Assembly (NCBI GenBank): GCA_029547205.1
Contig: JAKPPT010000092.1
Coordinates: forward strand, 24,626 to 88,625
From: Spirochaetota bacterium
GTDB taxonomy: Bacteria; Spirochaetota; Spirochaetia; Treponematales; UBA12059
Reading direction: 5' to 3'
Length of the DNA: 64,000 nt
Shown here: one piece after another, positions 1 through 10,090 of the stretch
How positions within the stretch are numbered: the stretch's first letter is position 1
Layout of the letters: each line of letters starts with the position of its first letter
The notes under the pieces: generated by a model
The model's database searches: none
What the model was told of the DNA's origin: nothing
What the model saw: the letters and a program-made list of their open reading frames with translations, nothing else
Translations under genes and position numbers: made by a program

Positions 1-824
1 GTCGTTACAAAACTATATATTTTTATAACACGATTTTTAGAAAAAGGAAGCGCTAAAAGGTTCAAGATATTATACGTATCAATATCATGCCCGCATATTA
101 CCGCAATTTGAAAATCCAATTTAGATTTCATTAATTTTCTAAAAATTGATATTGCTTTTGGCAGCCCATCAGCACCGCCCGCCATTAACACAAGAGGCTT
201 ATCAGGATTAAAACCTTCCTGTACCATAAATGTGTGCACCTCTTGAGCAGTCATTTGATTAAAAAATTTTTCTTGAACCAGCAAATTGTATGCATGAATC
301 CTTCTTGCAGGAACACCGCGCTTTTGCATCCATAGTGCAGCATCACGTGAATAGCAGAAAATCTCAAAAGTATGCCCCTCATACCACAGTCTGGGGGGAT
401 CAAATGGATCAGTAACAACCATCGAAACAGGAAGTTTGTATTTTTTTGCACAATATTTTACAGCATACGAAGGTATTGCATGTGTACATATAATTCTGGT
501 TGGCTGATAAGTTTTACATATTAGGAGCATTCCATATAAAGAAAAAACAAGACCAATAAGATGCGTCAGACATCGCCCAAATCTGGATTCATCATTTAAA
601 TATATTATTTTCCATATCATAGGAATTTTTTGTGAAGCCAGCCTGTAGCCAGTTCCCATTAAAAACTTTCCAAGCGCAGAATAAGGAGAAATAGGATCAT
701 ACAACAGGACATCTGTATAACCCTGTCTTAGTAATTCTTCTCTTAGTGCTTTAGCATTTGAGAGGTGGCCACCACCTGTGGGAAGATAAATTATTAGAAT
801 ACGTTCATTCAATTTTTCTTTCAT
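1..824 (-). CDS. Glycosyltransferase, MGDG-synthase-like (GT28-type); 3' end cut by window edge
   Basis: Absent from the ORF track because it is edge-truncated. My own minus-strand translation from ATG 824 reads MKEKLNERILIIYLPTGGGHLSNAKALREELLRQGY...DKPLVLMAGGADGLPKA. The N-terminal G-rich loop is typical of diacylglycerol glycosyltransferases. It overlaps the upstream ORF stop by 20 nt. Track ORF 251-451 lies in another frame of this gene. Confidence 0.6.
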   Translation of the reverse strand, partial: MKEKLNERILIIYLPTGGGHLSNAKALREELLRQGYTDVLLYDPISPYSALGKFLMGTGYRLASQKIPMIWKIIYLNDESRFGRCLTHLIGLVFSLYGMLLICKTYQPTRIICTHAIPSYAVKYCAKKYKLPVSMVVTDPFDPPRLWYEGHTFEIFCYSRDAALWMQKRGVPARRIHAYNLLVQEKFFNQMTAQEVHTFMVQEGFNPDKPLVLMAGGADGLPKAISIFRKLMKSKLDFQIAVICGHDIDTYNILNLLALPFSKNRVIKIYSFVT

Positions 825-2388
825 AGCATAATTTTAAAACTAGACCTAACGACACATTGAGCTGTTCGTGTATAAGCCCGTCTATATGAGTAAAATTAGT
901 ATAGTATAGATACTCTAATTGTGCAAATATAGAAAAGAGCTGACTAAAAGAATATGTGCACGATGTGTCACCTTTTACTAACCTCTCAGGTATTCCGGTT
1001 GGAGTCTTAAGGTTTACAGCATGCTCGCTTTCTTCATATGGAGTATATGCATTGTTTTCTCCGCGGGTAACAGAAGCGAACGAAGCAGATACTCTTAGTT
1101 TATCAAAAATTTCATACCCCAGTGAAATAGAAAACACTATGCTATCTGGTCCAGTTGGATAACCGAGCGGCATAGTAACTGCCTGTGTTGCACCTGCATA
1201 ATTAGAAGTAAGAGCCCTATACCAGAACCAGGAGTTTAGTTCGTTTTCACGGATATAGAGCCAGGGATTTGTATAAACATATTCGATTACTCCTGTAAAC
1301 CAGCCATCACCAAAAGGAATTGCTGTTTTTATACCTGCAAGAAAACCTATTGCATTTGGTATCGTAGTCGCCTGATAGTAAGATTTTTCAAAATCAGTTT
1401 GAAACTGATTCATTGCAAAGGAGCCATAGAGTTCGATATACTTCCAGGGATTAATGCGAATTTCAGCGCTAAGAAAGCTCGAAGCTGGCATAAAACCCTG
1501 TGAAACACCTGCAATATGATTCCATAAAAAAAGATCATGAAAAATCATAAGAGGATTGAATGCTGCTAGTGGTACATCCATACCTCCTATCATCATAGCT
1601 TCGGTCAGGCCGATTGCAATGCGTTTCCCTATCATTACATCGATATGGTGATACAGTGCATTTTTTTGCCAGGTAGTTATTTTGGAAGCTAATTCACTAT
1701 TATTGACTAAAGGATATATCGAAATAAATTGAATTGTATACGCAAAACCTGGTAGTTTGTACTGGACGCGAACCGTATCGTAGAAATCTGCAGCATCTGA
1801 TAAAACGAGCGAACCAGTGTAGCCATTACCGATTCTTGCTGAATACCTTCCAGCAAGTATTGAAAATACACTTTTTTGTAAACCAATCCATGCCTCAAAT
1901 GGTGCTGTAAAATCAATATATTCAAAATTATCCGGTATATTACTCCAATTATTTGGCGCTCCAGGATACTCAAGCGTGTTATGGTCTTCTCGAATATCAT
2001 ATTGAACAAATGCGGTGAACCAATCAGCATATTGCATTGTTACTGGCACCAGAATTATTGGCTTACGCGTTTTCCAGCTTCCATTATTAATAGTGTACGA
2101 ATCAAAAGAAAAAGCTGAATATATAGCGGGATTAAATTCAATTCCTAGACCAAATACAATATTCGTATTTATAGTTTGTTCAAAAGGAACATTTGCAGTT
2201 TGAGCTAAAATTAATACATCTGTGGAGTCAAATGGAAATACAGTGAAGGGATTGAGAGCACCTTGAGCAAGCGCAATATATTCTAATTTTTTTACTTCCG
2301 AAGCATTATACTGATACCACCCTCCCTGTGCCCAGACAAAAGAAAAGCAAAAGAAAAAGCATATTGCTATTACACTTCTATGTTTCAT
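805..2388 (-). CDS. Secreted/outer-membrane protein, aromatic-rich beta-barrel candidate (possibly Wzi-like)
   Basis: 527-aa ORF with signal peptide MKHRSVIAICFFFCFSFVWAQ. Gly/Tyr/Trp/Phe-rich alternating pattern. Tightly packed in an operon with two similar proteins. Confidence 0.55.
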   Translation of the reverse strand: MKHRSVIAICFFFCFSFVWAQGGWYQYNASEVKKLEYIALAQGALNPFTVFPFDSTDVLILAQTANVPFEQTINTNIVFGLGIEFNPAIYSAFSFDSYTINNGSWKTRKPIILVPVTMQYADWFTAFVQYDIREDHNTLEYPGAPNNWSNIPDNFEYIDFTAPFEAWIGLQKSVFSILAGRYSARIGNGYTGSLVLSDAADFYDTVRVQYKLPGFAYTIQFISIYPLVNNSELASKITTWQKNALYHHIDVMIGKRIAIGLTEAMMIGGMDVPLAAFNPLMIFHDLFLWNHIAGVSQGFMPASSFLSAEIRINPWKYIELYGSFAMNQFQTDFEKSYYQATTIPNAIGFLAGIKTAIPFGDGWFTGVIEYVYTNPWLYIRENELNSWFWYRALTSNYAGATQAVTMPLGYPTGPDSIVFSISLGYEIFDKLRVSASFASVTRGENNAYTPYEESEHAVNLKTPTGIPERLVKGDTSCTYSFSQLFSIFAQLEYLYYTNFTHIDGLIHEQLNVSLGLVLKLCYERKIE

Positions 2389-2396
2389 ACGAACCC

Positions 2397-3956
2397 CTAA
2401 AAAACATACTTACATAACACGGATAGATAATGAAGATTTGCATCAACTCCTTGTTGAAGATTATAATTACTATGATATTCAAAACAATAACCAACATCAA
2501 GTAAAATATTATTAAGCAATTCTACTGTTGTCTTTATCTCAAATTGGAATACTGTTTGAATTACCTGTTGCGATAGAAATCTAAAATATTTTGGTGTTGT
2601 TCCACTTGGATAAGGTGGTTGGTATGTTGGTTTTCCATTTACCCAGCCATCATCCCAATAATCACCAGTCCCTGAATAAACTCCTTCAGAAGCATTGCCA
2701 TGACGTAATATCCGCATCGTGGTGGCTAGATTTAATAAATTCCAATCCAGTGCAAGCTCAAACCTATCCGAATTTGGCAAGAGTCCTGCTCCTAATGATG
2801 CTCCCATATGCGTATAATTATCTTCTCCTGTAGTGTAATGATGTGCATACATATAAGGGAAAACGGCTGTGTAGTCACCTGATATTTTTTTTACAACACT
2901 ATTTAGTGGTGCCCATAGAAATCCAATTTGCATTGCTCCTATTGTTTTTGTATCGAATAGTAATTTTACATAATCAAAAGGATTAATGTCATCTAGAAAT
3001 AATGAACCGCGAACTACAAGGCCATTAGGCATATTCCAGACAATATAACCGCCCGCTAGTGAATTATCAGCATATAGTGCGCCACTAGTCATAGACTGCT
3101 GATAAAAAAAGGCTGTTATTGGTAAAAGATACTGCGGTTTGAATTCTCCACCAAAAATCACAGTTTCAACAAGACCTATTTTTAGATTATCGTTTATTCG
3201 AAAGCTATAATCATGATAGATCGCGTATTTGTTTGCATTGCGCGTAACTGCTGTAAGCTGCAGTAACAGTGTAGAAAATGTAAATTGACCAGCAGTAAAA
3301 TTAAGACCCCAATTTGCTGTTTGCCTCGCTTGAGGTCCAATAAAAATTCCATTATCAAAAAATGGTCCAGCAGAATTTCTTCCCAAACCTGCACTGATCC
3401 AGAATGAGCTTTCCCCATACCATGAATACGATGTCAACGTATACAGTATTGCTGTATTATCACCACTAATTAGTGGAGGCAATAAATAGACAGAATCTTC
3501 ATGAATATCTATCGGTTCTCCTGTACCATATGGATAAAATTTTGACTGCCCATCAATTAAATAAGCGCCTGCATGTACCTTACACAATAGCTTATCAACA
3601 GGTTCTAAAAACAAGTTAAAAGCAATACCCGTTATACCTCTATAATCATCTGCAGTCCCGGCAAGTAATGTATTATTGCTATTTATTTCAAAACCAATAT
3701 CATATCGAGTTAATTTTTTTATATAGTGCTGAGCCTTCTCTTTAGCCCTATCGTCTCCGTTTATGGAGACCTCTTCAAGTATCGCTAAAAGCACTTGAGG
3801 AGCGTACGGACGTATATTATAGATTAGTTTACAATATCCCTGTGCAGCCCAGATATCAATATCTGCATAAATAGGGTCAAATATTTCCTGTGTCAAACCA
3901 AATGAACAAGCCAATAGGATGAGAATCATGAGAAGCAATTTATTTTTACTATTCAT
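2397..3956 (-). CDS. Outer-membrane beta-barrel candidate (Wzi-like, weak recollection)
   Basis: 519 aa with signal peptide MNSKNKLLLMILILLACSFGLTQ. C-terminal ...CKYVF (terminal Phe, OMP beta-signal style). Similar in style to the 805-2388 product. Confidence 0.55.
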   Translation of the reverse strand: MNSKNKLLLMILILLACSFGLTQEIFDPIYADIDIWAAQGYCKLIYNIRPYAPQVLLAILEEVSINGDDRAKEKAQHYIKKLTRYDIGFEINSNNTLLAGTADDYRGITGIAFNLFLEPVDKLLCKVHAGAYLIDGQSKFYPYGTGEPIDIHEDSVYLLPPLISGDNTAILYTLTSYSWYGESSFWISAGLGRNSAGPFFDNGIFIGPQARQTANWGLNFTAGQFTFSTLLLQLTAVTRNANKYAIYHDYSFRINDNLKIGLVETVIFGGEFKPQYLLPITAFFYQQSMTSGALYADNSLAGGYIVWNMPNGLVVRGSLFLDDINPFDYVKLLFDTKTIGAMQIGFLWAPLNSVVKKISGDYTAVFPYMYAHHYTTGEDNYTHMGASLGAGLLPNSDRFELALDWNLLNLATTMRILRHGNASEGVYSGTGDYWDDGWVNGKPTYQPPYPSGTTPKYFRFLSQQVIQTVFQFEIKTTVELLNNILLDVGYCFEYHSNYNLQQGVDANLHYLSVLCKYVF

Positions 3957-4012
3957 ACAACTCCCTTTTATACACTAATTTGAAATGCTAAAAAATCTTA
4001 CAGGTATTTATG

Positions 4013-5170
4013 CTAAAATCCACCAGAGAGAGTGACCAGTAAAGCAGCCATCAACCTCTGTCCAGAAGGATTACTATTGTTCATAACATACGATGATGTA
4101 TCATTGCCATATACCAGAGAAATACCTGACTCTATTTTTACATGATTCCACGCATCCCATTTAATGCCAGCTGTAATTGTTCCAGAGCCATCAGACCAGC
4201 GATGTAACCATTTAAATACCGGATCAACTGGTACACCAAATATATTATTATAACCAAACGCTAATCCTGTATCATGTTGTGGATTCGAAAAATCTGTGCA
4301 TTCATATTCACCATACACATGAAAATCACCCCATTGCTTATAAAAACCAATGAGCATGGTAATAACCGGATCGGTCTCAGAAGACAGTTTTATTGTTGAA
4401 TCAGCATGTATGTCAAATCCAAACACTGTCCGTTTTGCAGAAAAAAGCATTTGCAGGTTTTCAGAAGGTTTCCATCTTCCAGCCAGCCCTAAATATGTAT
4501 TCCATATTATAAAATCAAATTTCGCACCATAAATCGTTGTTGTATACAATGGAAGCATTGGAGAACTGAACTGACTATCTGAAAGCTCAATAAAGATCTG
4601 ACCGCCACTGAAAAGAGTTGGTAACGATGCCATCACCGTATAGTTGCTGCTACTGTCACTTACTAGGTTACCTGGATTAAAAATTCTTCCCTGACCCCAG
4701 GTAAATGCAAATTTACCAACTTTCCAAAACACTGAATCAAGCCAGATATACTCACAATATATGGAACTTAAGCTGAAATTTGTCCACTGTACATTTTCAG
4801 ACGACAGAGGATCCATTTTCGCACCAAATGATGCATAGTAACTGAAATAAGTGTCGGGATGTGCCTCAAGCGATAATACGCTAGAAGCTGTTAGCCCAAC
4901 ATTAAAATCCAGCTGTGGAACAAATCGTTCATCCCAGGGAAGATATGTGTAGCCTGCAGTAATACCACCAATTGTTGTTATGGAACCTGTTATCGTTATT
5001 CCTACATTCCTCTGTACTACATTTTGTACATTTTGATTTGTTTGATTATTCTGATTGTCAGTTATAACAATATCACTGCTCTCATTAAATATATCATCTA
5101 GAGTTTCATCCTGAGCAGTGATAAAAATTGCCATTACAAGACTTATTAGTAGAAATATATATCTTTTCAT
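4013..5170 (-). CDS. Outer-membrane beta-barrel candidate
   Basis: 385 aa with signal peptide MKRYIFLLISLVMAIFITAQ. Asn/Gln-rich linker. C-terminal ...LSGGF. Confidence 0.5.
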   Translation of the reverse strand: MKRYIFLLISLVMAIFITAQDETLDDIFNESSDIVITDNQNNQTNQNVQNVVQRNVGITITGSITTIGGITAGYTYLPWDERFVPQLDFNVGLTASSVLSLEAHPDTYFSYYASFGAKMDPLSSENVQWTNFSLSSIYCEYIWLDSVFWKVGKFAFTWGQGRIFNPGNLVSDSSSNYTVMASLPTLFSGGQIFIELSDSQFSSPMLPLYTTTIYGAKFDFIIWNTYLGLAGRWKPSENLQMLFSAKRTVFGFDIHADSTIKLSSETDPVITMLIGFYKQWGDFHVYGEYECTDFSNPQHDTGLAFGYNNIFGVPVDPVFKWLHRWSDGSGTITAGIKWDAWNHVKIESGISLVYGNDTSSYVMNNSNPSGQRLMAALLVTLSGGF

Positions 5171-5172
5171 AG

Positions 5173-5955
5173 CTATTTATTTATTTTTTCTAGATATTCC
5201 TTTGAATACACATAATCCGGAAGCTTTTCAAGCGATGGCTGCGTGATAGTTATTGTAGTTTTTTCATACTCAACTTTACCCTGAACATTTTTTGATTTTA
5301 AGTGATCTAAAATTATTATGCTTGCAGGTACCCATCGATTACCTATTTTTTGATACGATGGAACAGCAGTGGTTCTTAAAAGCTGACCGGACAGACTGTA
5401 ATCTTCTACTTTGCGTATAAGAAATGTTTCATCGATCCATAGCTTTACTTTTGGAAAGGTGACATTGCTTTTAATCGCCTGAAGCTCAACCAGCGTACAA
5501 TTATATTTACCTAATATAACTTTTTCTGCCTTAATAGGTTTATAATTTACCGAATAGTTTGATCGATCAAAATCAGAGTTTCGTATGCTTGTATTCTGAA
5601 ACCGTTCAGTAGCATTTGAAAACATAAATGTTTTTCCAACAGGGTCATAGAGCCATAGATTATCGCCAATTTTTAAATACCCCTTACCTTTATCTGAAAC
5701 TGGTTCTAAAATTAATACCAAAAACTGATTCGTTCTGTCCCTGCGTGATACAGTTGCACGAGTTATACTTATGCCACCACCAGGTGTTTGGGTTTCAATT
5801 CGATATAAAGCCGTAAAATCAGTATCCAGGTATGTAAGCATTTCATCAGCTTTTGCTACAATTGATTGGATTTCATGAAGGTCTTGTGAAGCTGCTCCTG
5901 AAAGTATTAAACTGAGAAAACATACTATAAATAAAATAAATTTAGATAATTTCAC
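5173..5955 (-). CDS. Outer-membrane lipoprotein-sorting protein (LolA-like fold family)
   Basis: Motifs recalled from the LolA_like family: DNLWLYDP, NSDF, KLWIDETFLIRKVEDYSLSGQLLR, PDYVYSKEYLE. I prefer the GTG start at 5955 (VKLSKFILFIVCFLSLILSGAAS signal) over the track start at 6012, which overlaps the permease. Confidence 0.65.
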   Translation of the reverse strand: MKLSKFILFIVCFLSLILSGAASQDLHEIQSIVAKADEMLTYLDTDFTALYRIETQTPGGGISITRATVSRRDRTNQFLVLILEPVSDKGKGYLKIGDNLWLYDPVGKTFMFSNATERFQNTSIRNSDFDRSNYSVNYKPIKAEKVILGKYNCTLVELQAIKSNVTFPKVKLWIDETFLIRKVEDYSLSGQLLRTTAVPSYQKIGNRWVPASIIILDHLKSKNVQGKVEYEKTTITITQPSLEKLPDYVYSKEYLEKINK

Positions 5956-7222
5956 GTAACGCCTCCGCAGGGGACAACAAACTTGCTCTTCGCGCTGGTC
6001 CTTGCACAGCAAGGAGAACAGCAGCTGTTAATAATATAAAACCAATCATAACATATGAAGGTTTCAAAAATAACATCAAAAACCCATTGTTTGTAAAAAG
6101 TCCAGCACCAGGAATATTTTTTAATGACAATTTAGATATCACAAATAATAGGCCTGTACCAGCTATAAATCCACACAGTGCAGAAACTGCAGCTAAAAAA
6201 AAGGCCTCCAGTAAAAACATAGTTAACACCTGATTTCTCTGAATTCCAAGTGCCCTCATGGTACCAATTTCAACAGTTCTTTCAAAAAGAATAACCCTGT
6301 ATGTATTCATAATTCCAGTCATAATAACAAGAAGAAAAACAGCAAATAATAAATATAAAATAATTGTTAAGGCATCTAAGAGATCTTTTATTGTATCCAG
6401 ATTTGCATCGAGAGAAATTACAGTAAGCACATACGGTCTTTTATCTTTTGAAAGCTTTTCTGTAAGATCCTTTCTGCCAACAAGCGGTAAAACAGGATAG
6501 TGTTCAGCAAGAAATCCATGTAAATATTTTATTAACATATTTTCTGAAATTCCTTTCGGAAAATATATCGCAATATCTGTTGCAGATCCAGCTGACAGAT
6601 TAACTAGTTCATTGAGCATTGCATAATTAACATATGCTGCATAGCCAAAAAGGCTTGTTTCATTAAATATACCCTGTACAATAAGCTCTGCTGTATTCGC
6701 CTGTCCTTCATTAGTAGTAAGATATAAAAGCACAGCATCACCAACATGAGCTCCAAGAATTTTTGAAGCGCTCTTACTGATCAGTATCCCTCTTTTATCT
6801 TTTAACATCGCTTCTGCTGAACCTTCCAGGAAAGGTAACGTAGAAAATTCCTTAAGCTCTTCTTCGAAATTAACACCGACAAGCCTGCGCTGTCGCACTG
6901 ACTCACCACCATAGTAAATAGCGGCATTGGTATGGTAATAAATACTCCGTTTACTGATAGTAGAAAAAGGAAACTTGCCTGTTTTTAATATTGCAACAAG
7001 CTCATCCGGGTTTTCGATATAAGCACTACCATTACGATAACCACGAATGGTAATCTGGCCTGCAAAGTACCGTGAAGCTTTCTGTTTTATTGCCGCAAGC
7101 GCTCCACTTGAAACGCCTAATAGTAATACAACAAGTGAGAAACCAAAAAAAATAGCTAAAAACAGCAACTTATACCTATTTCTGTTCCGCCACAAAGTTC
7201 GCACTGCCAGTCGAGCAATCAT
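5942..7222 (-). CDS. ABC transporter permease, FtsX/MacB-LolCE type
   Basis: 426 aa. One N-terminal TM segment, a large periplasmic domain, then three C-terminal TM segments with TVEIGTMRALG (FtsX-domain style). Confidence 0.8.
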   Translation of the reverse strand: MIARLAVRTLWRNRNRYKLLFLAIFFGFSLVVLLLGVSSGALAAIKQKASRYFAGQITIRGYRNGSAYIENPDELVAILKTGKFPFSTISKRSIYYHTNAAIYYGGESVRQRRLVGVNFEEELKEFSTLPFLEGSAEAMLKDKRGILISKSASKILGAHVGDAVLLYLTTNEGQANTAELIVQGIFNETSLFGYAAYVNYAMLNELVNLSAGSATDIAIYFPKGISENMLIKYLHGFLAEHYPVLPLVGRKDLTEKLSKDKRPYVLTVISLDANLDTIKDLLDALTIILYLLFAVFLLVIMTGIMNTYRVILFERTVEIGTMRALGIQRNQVLTMFLLEAFFLAAVSALCGFIAGTGLLFVISKLSLKNIPGAGLFTNNGFLMLFLKPSYVMIGFILLTAAVLLAVQGPARRASLLSPAEALREII

Positions 7223-8772
7223 GTATTCCCCTTATTTATTGCAACCACTGGTGGTATTTTTAAGGCAAGACGCAATGGATACATCCATGCTACTGCACCA
7301 GCTATGAGCCCTGCAATTAAATGAATAATAACATTGCCAAACGATATATATGGTACAAGAACTTCACCACCAAACATTGAAATTAACAGAGGATTTTTAA
7401 GCACTATTCCTGCTTTTCCAATCATAATACAGAGTATAATACCTGACAGGATACCTGCAAGAGTTCCTACAAATGTTAACAACACAGATTCAGTTGCAAG
7501 CATTTTTGCAATAAAACCTTTACTTGACCCCAAACTACGCATCGTACCAATTTCTGAAGTCCGTTCGAGCACCGCTAAGACAAGTGAATTCATAATAACA
7601 AGTATTGCTCCAAAAATTAAAAATATCATGCCAAAATAAAAAGCTGATTGGAGTGCAAAAAGAATCTGAATACTTGAACCAGAAGCTGTGCGCCAGTATT
7701 GAATTTTAAGCGGAATTTTTTTTATTAAAAACTGCTTTGTTAACTCACGGGCTGCGTATTGATAATCCCCATCTTTTGTTTTAACAAGCACAAAACTCCA
7801 TGCTCCAGTATCCACTGCAGACTGTTCCCGTTCCTCATCAGTTTTTGACAGTAAGTTTTCGATATCAGAAAGTGTAAGTGCTGAATTTTGAGTAACAGTG
7901 CTATCAGTAGAATCGAAAAACAAATCATCGATAGTTGTAGAAGTATTGGAACCAGCACTTTGATTTTGTGATTGCTCCGAAACAGTTGGTACTATGCCAT
8001 TTTCTGGATTATTGTCGCCACTCGTAGAGTGAGACAATTTTGCCTGATCAGCATGTACAACCTTTGACTGTGTTACACCTACTGTATAATTTGCAAGGCC
8101 TCGTGGAATTGAAGGATCCGTGAGCACTATACGATTTATAACATCATGCTTGCCGCTATATACAGCTGTACCTGCATAGTATCCTTTACGGAGCTTGAAG
8201 GAATTGCCCGAATACATGGAAAACACGATTGGCTCATCAAGCACAAGCGGTCTACCAATTGCGGTTTCAATTTCCTCCTTTAACACCTCATTGAGTACGA
8301 CACCACCACGTAATAGCCTCGATTTAGTGTTACTATCAATAGTAATCCCTGAACAAACTACAAAATAGGATTCTGGATCGATGCCAAACACTGGAACCGT
8401 TTTTGAATAACCACCAATTTTCATTGATGCAGCGGTAGAAACAATGGGTGTATATGCTGCTATATCCCTATTTTGTAAAAGCGTATCAACAAGTTCCTGG
8501 TAGTAAGTAAGCGGCGGAATCGTATCATACTCACTCACAATAGGAATCTCGTTTCCAAAAATACTATACTGCTCGTCAGCTTCTGTGCCAATCATAAACT
8601 CACCGGTCAAACTGTTGATCAGCAATTGTTCAAGCCCTCTGTTGGTAGTAAGCAGTATTGAGTTTGCAATAAAAAGACTCATTATTCCTATTGCTATCAA
8701 ACCAGCTATCAGGATATTCTTTTTTGGATGTCTGAGAAGATTTCTTATCGCTAGTTTTAATAGTATACGCAA
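7219..8772 (-). CDS. ABC transporter permease, FtsX/MacB-LolCE type
   Basis: 517 aa with the same architecture, including ERTSEIGTMRSLG. 4-nt overlap with the downstream permease. No ATPase gene is adjacent. Confidence 0.8.
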   Translation of the reverse strand: MRILLKLAIRNLLRHPKKNILIAGLIAIGIMSLFIANSILLTTNRGLEQLLINSLTGEFMIGTEADEQYSIFGNEIPIVSEYDTIPPLTYYQELVDTLLQNRDIAAYTPIVSTAASMKIGGYSKTVPVFGIDPESYFVVCSGITIDSNTKSRLLRGGVVLNEVLKEEIETAIGRPLVLDEPIVFSMYSGNSFKLRKGYYAGTAVYSGKHDVINRIVLTDPSIPRGLANYTVGVTQSKVVHADQAKLSHSTSGDNNPENGIVPTVSEQSQNQSAGSNTSTTIDDLFFDSTDSTVTQNSALTLSDIENLLSKTDEEREQSAVDTGAWSFVLVKTKDGDYQYAARELTKQFLIKKIPLKIQYWRTASGSSIQILFALQSAFYFGMIFLIFGAILVIMNSLVLAVLERTSEIGTMRSLGSSKGFIAKMLATESVLLTFVGTLAGILSGIILCIMIGKAGIVLKNPLLISMFGGEVLVPYISFGNVIIHLIAGLIAGAVAWMYPLRLALKIPPVVAINKGNT

Positions 8773-9063
8773 TGTATTTCCTGCTAATTTTCCAAGAATT
8801 CTGTCGTGATTTTACTACTATAATAATCCAAAATTAACATCACAACAAGCACTGTTGTTCAAATTTTGAACACTTACATGTAGTGTCGCGAAGCTTGTGC
8901 ACAAAAACCCCCCTCTAATTTGTAGATTCATGTATATACCATGCACTGTTTTGAACTTTTATGAAAAACCAATCAAGCAAAACTCAAAAACAGCATGTCC
9001 ATATTTTTCCTAGCATGAGCCTTTCTTTATTTTTCACTCGCTTTGGTATACTATACAATTATC

Positions 9064-10089
9064 ATGAATTTACAGCTGAGACTGTTTCTTTCACTAAGCC
9101 TTATCTTTTTTCTCATCGTACTCGGAGTTGTAGGCTACAGTATACTTGAACACTGGAGCTTACTCGAGAGTCTCTATATGACGATTATCACATTGACAAC
9201 CGTAGGTTTTACAGAGGTACGTCCTCTTTCAGAGTCAGGTAGAATATTTACAATTATATTTATCATACTGGGAATTGGTTCTGCAGGTTTTTCACTGACA
9301 ACCCTTTTCGGGTATATTTTTGAAGGACCAATGATGCAGTCAATAAAGGAACGAAAAATGGAACTATTGCGAAGAAAATTAAAAGACCATCATATTCTAT
9401 GCGGTTATACTGCTATAAGCCGTGAAGTACTCATTGAATTGAACCGGCAGAAAATTCATCATTTGCTTATTGATAAAAATCCTGCTATTTCATTACCACC
9501 TAATTCCAAATACACTGCAATTATTACTGGCGATGTCCATGACGAAGAAATTCTCAAACATGCACGTATTGAGCATGCACAGAGTCTCATTGCTTCGCTC
9601 AACGATGATGCATCCAACTTATTCCTCGTTGTAACTGCCAGACAAATGAATCCTATTATAAAAATTATATCAGAAGCCAGTGACGAGGCTACCGCTAAAA
9701 AGTTGACACGGGCAGGAGCCGATATAATTGTTACCCCCTATCAAATTGCTGCAAGTCTGCTAAAGCCTCGCCTCATTAATTTTCTTGATATTATTTCAGG
9801 AGATGATGAGGATAGTTCACTAAAAATCAAAGATTATCATATCAGCAAGCATTCTGCACTCCTGGGTAAAAGCCTCAGAGAAACTAATATCGGACAAACA
9901 ACTGGAGCTGTGATCCTCTCCATAGTCGATAAAAACGGCAATTCACGAATAACGCAAACAGAACGCATCAGCCTTGCAAGCTTACCACTCAAAGAAGATG
10001 ATTACCTTATTGCAATGGGAAGCTCAGAACAACTCCAGAAACTTGAGGAATTTATTCATGCCCAGGAAAAGTTCTTTAAGCTTAGATAA
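9064..10089 (+). CDS. Two-TM cation channel with RCK/TrkA-N and TrkA-C domains (MthK-like), atypical filter TVGFTE
   Basis: TM-pore-TM segment with LTTVGFTE, followed by an RCK domain (HHILCGYTAISREV...). I prefer ATG 9064 (MNLQLRLF) over the non-ATG track start at 9043. Confidence 0.7.
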   Translation: MNLQLRLFLSLSLIFFLIVLGVVGYSILEHWSLLESLYMTIITLTTVGFTEVRPLSESGRIFTIIFIILGIGSAGFSLTTLFGYIFEGPMMQSIKERKMELLRRKLKDHHILCGYTAISREVLIELNRQKIHHLLIDKNPAISLPPNSKYTAIITGDVHDEEILKHARIEHAQSLIASLNDDASNLFLVVTARQMNPIIKIISEASDEATAKKLTRAGADIIVTPYQIAASLLKPRLINFLDIISGDDEDSSLKIKDYHISKHSALLGKSLRETNIGQTTGAVILSIVDKNGNSRITQTERISLASLPLKEDDYLIAMGSSEQLQKLEEFIHAQEKFFKLR

Positions 10090-10090
10090 A

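Noticed and set aside
251-451. Track ORF 251-451 as a separate small gene
   Set aside because: It is an alternative frame on the same strand inside the edge-truncated glycosyltransferase gene, whose own frame gives a coherent GT-like protein.
5956-6012. Long N-terminus (MLCKDQREEQVCCPLRRRY) of the LolA-like protein
   Set aside because: It overlaps the C-terminus of the upstream permease by 71 nt. A GTG at 5955 gives a normal signal peptide.
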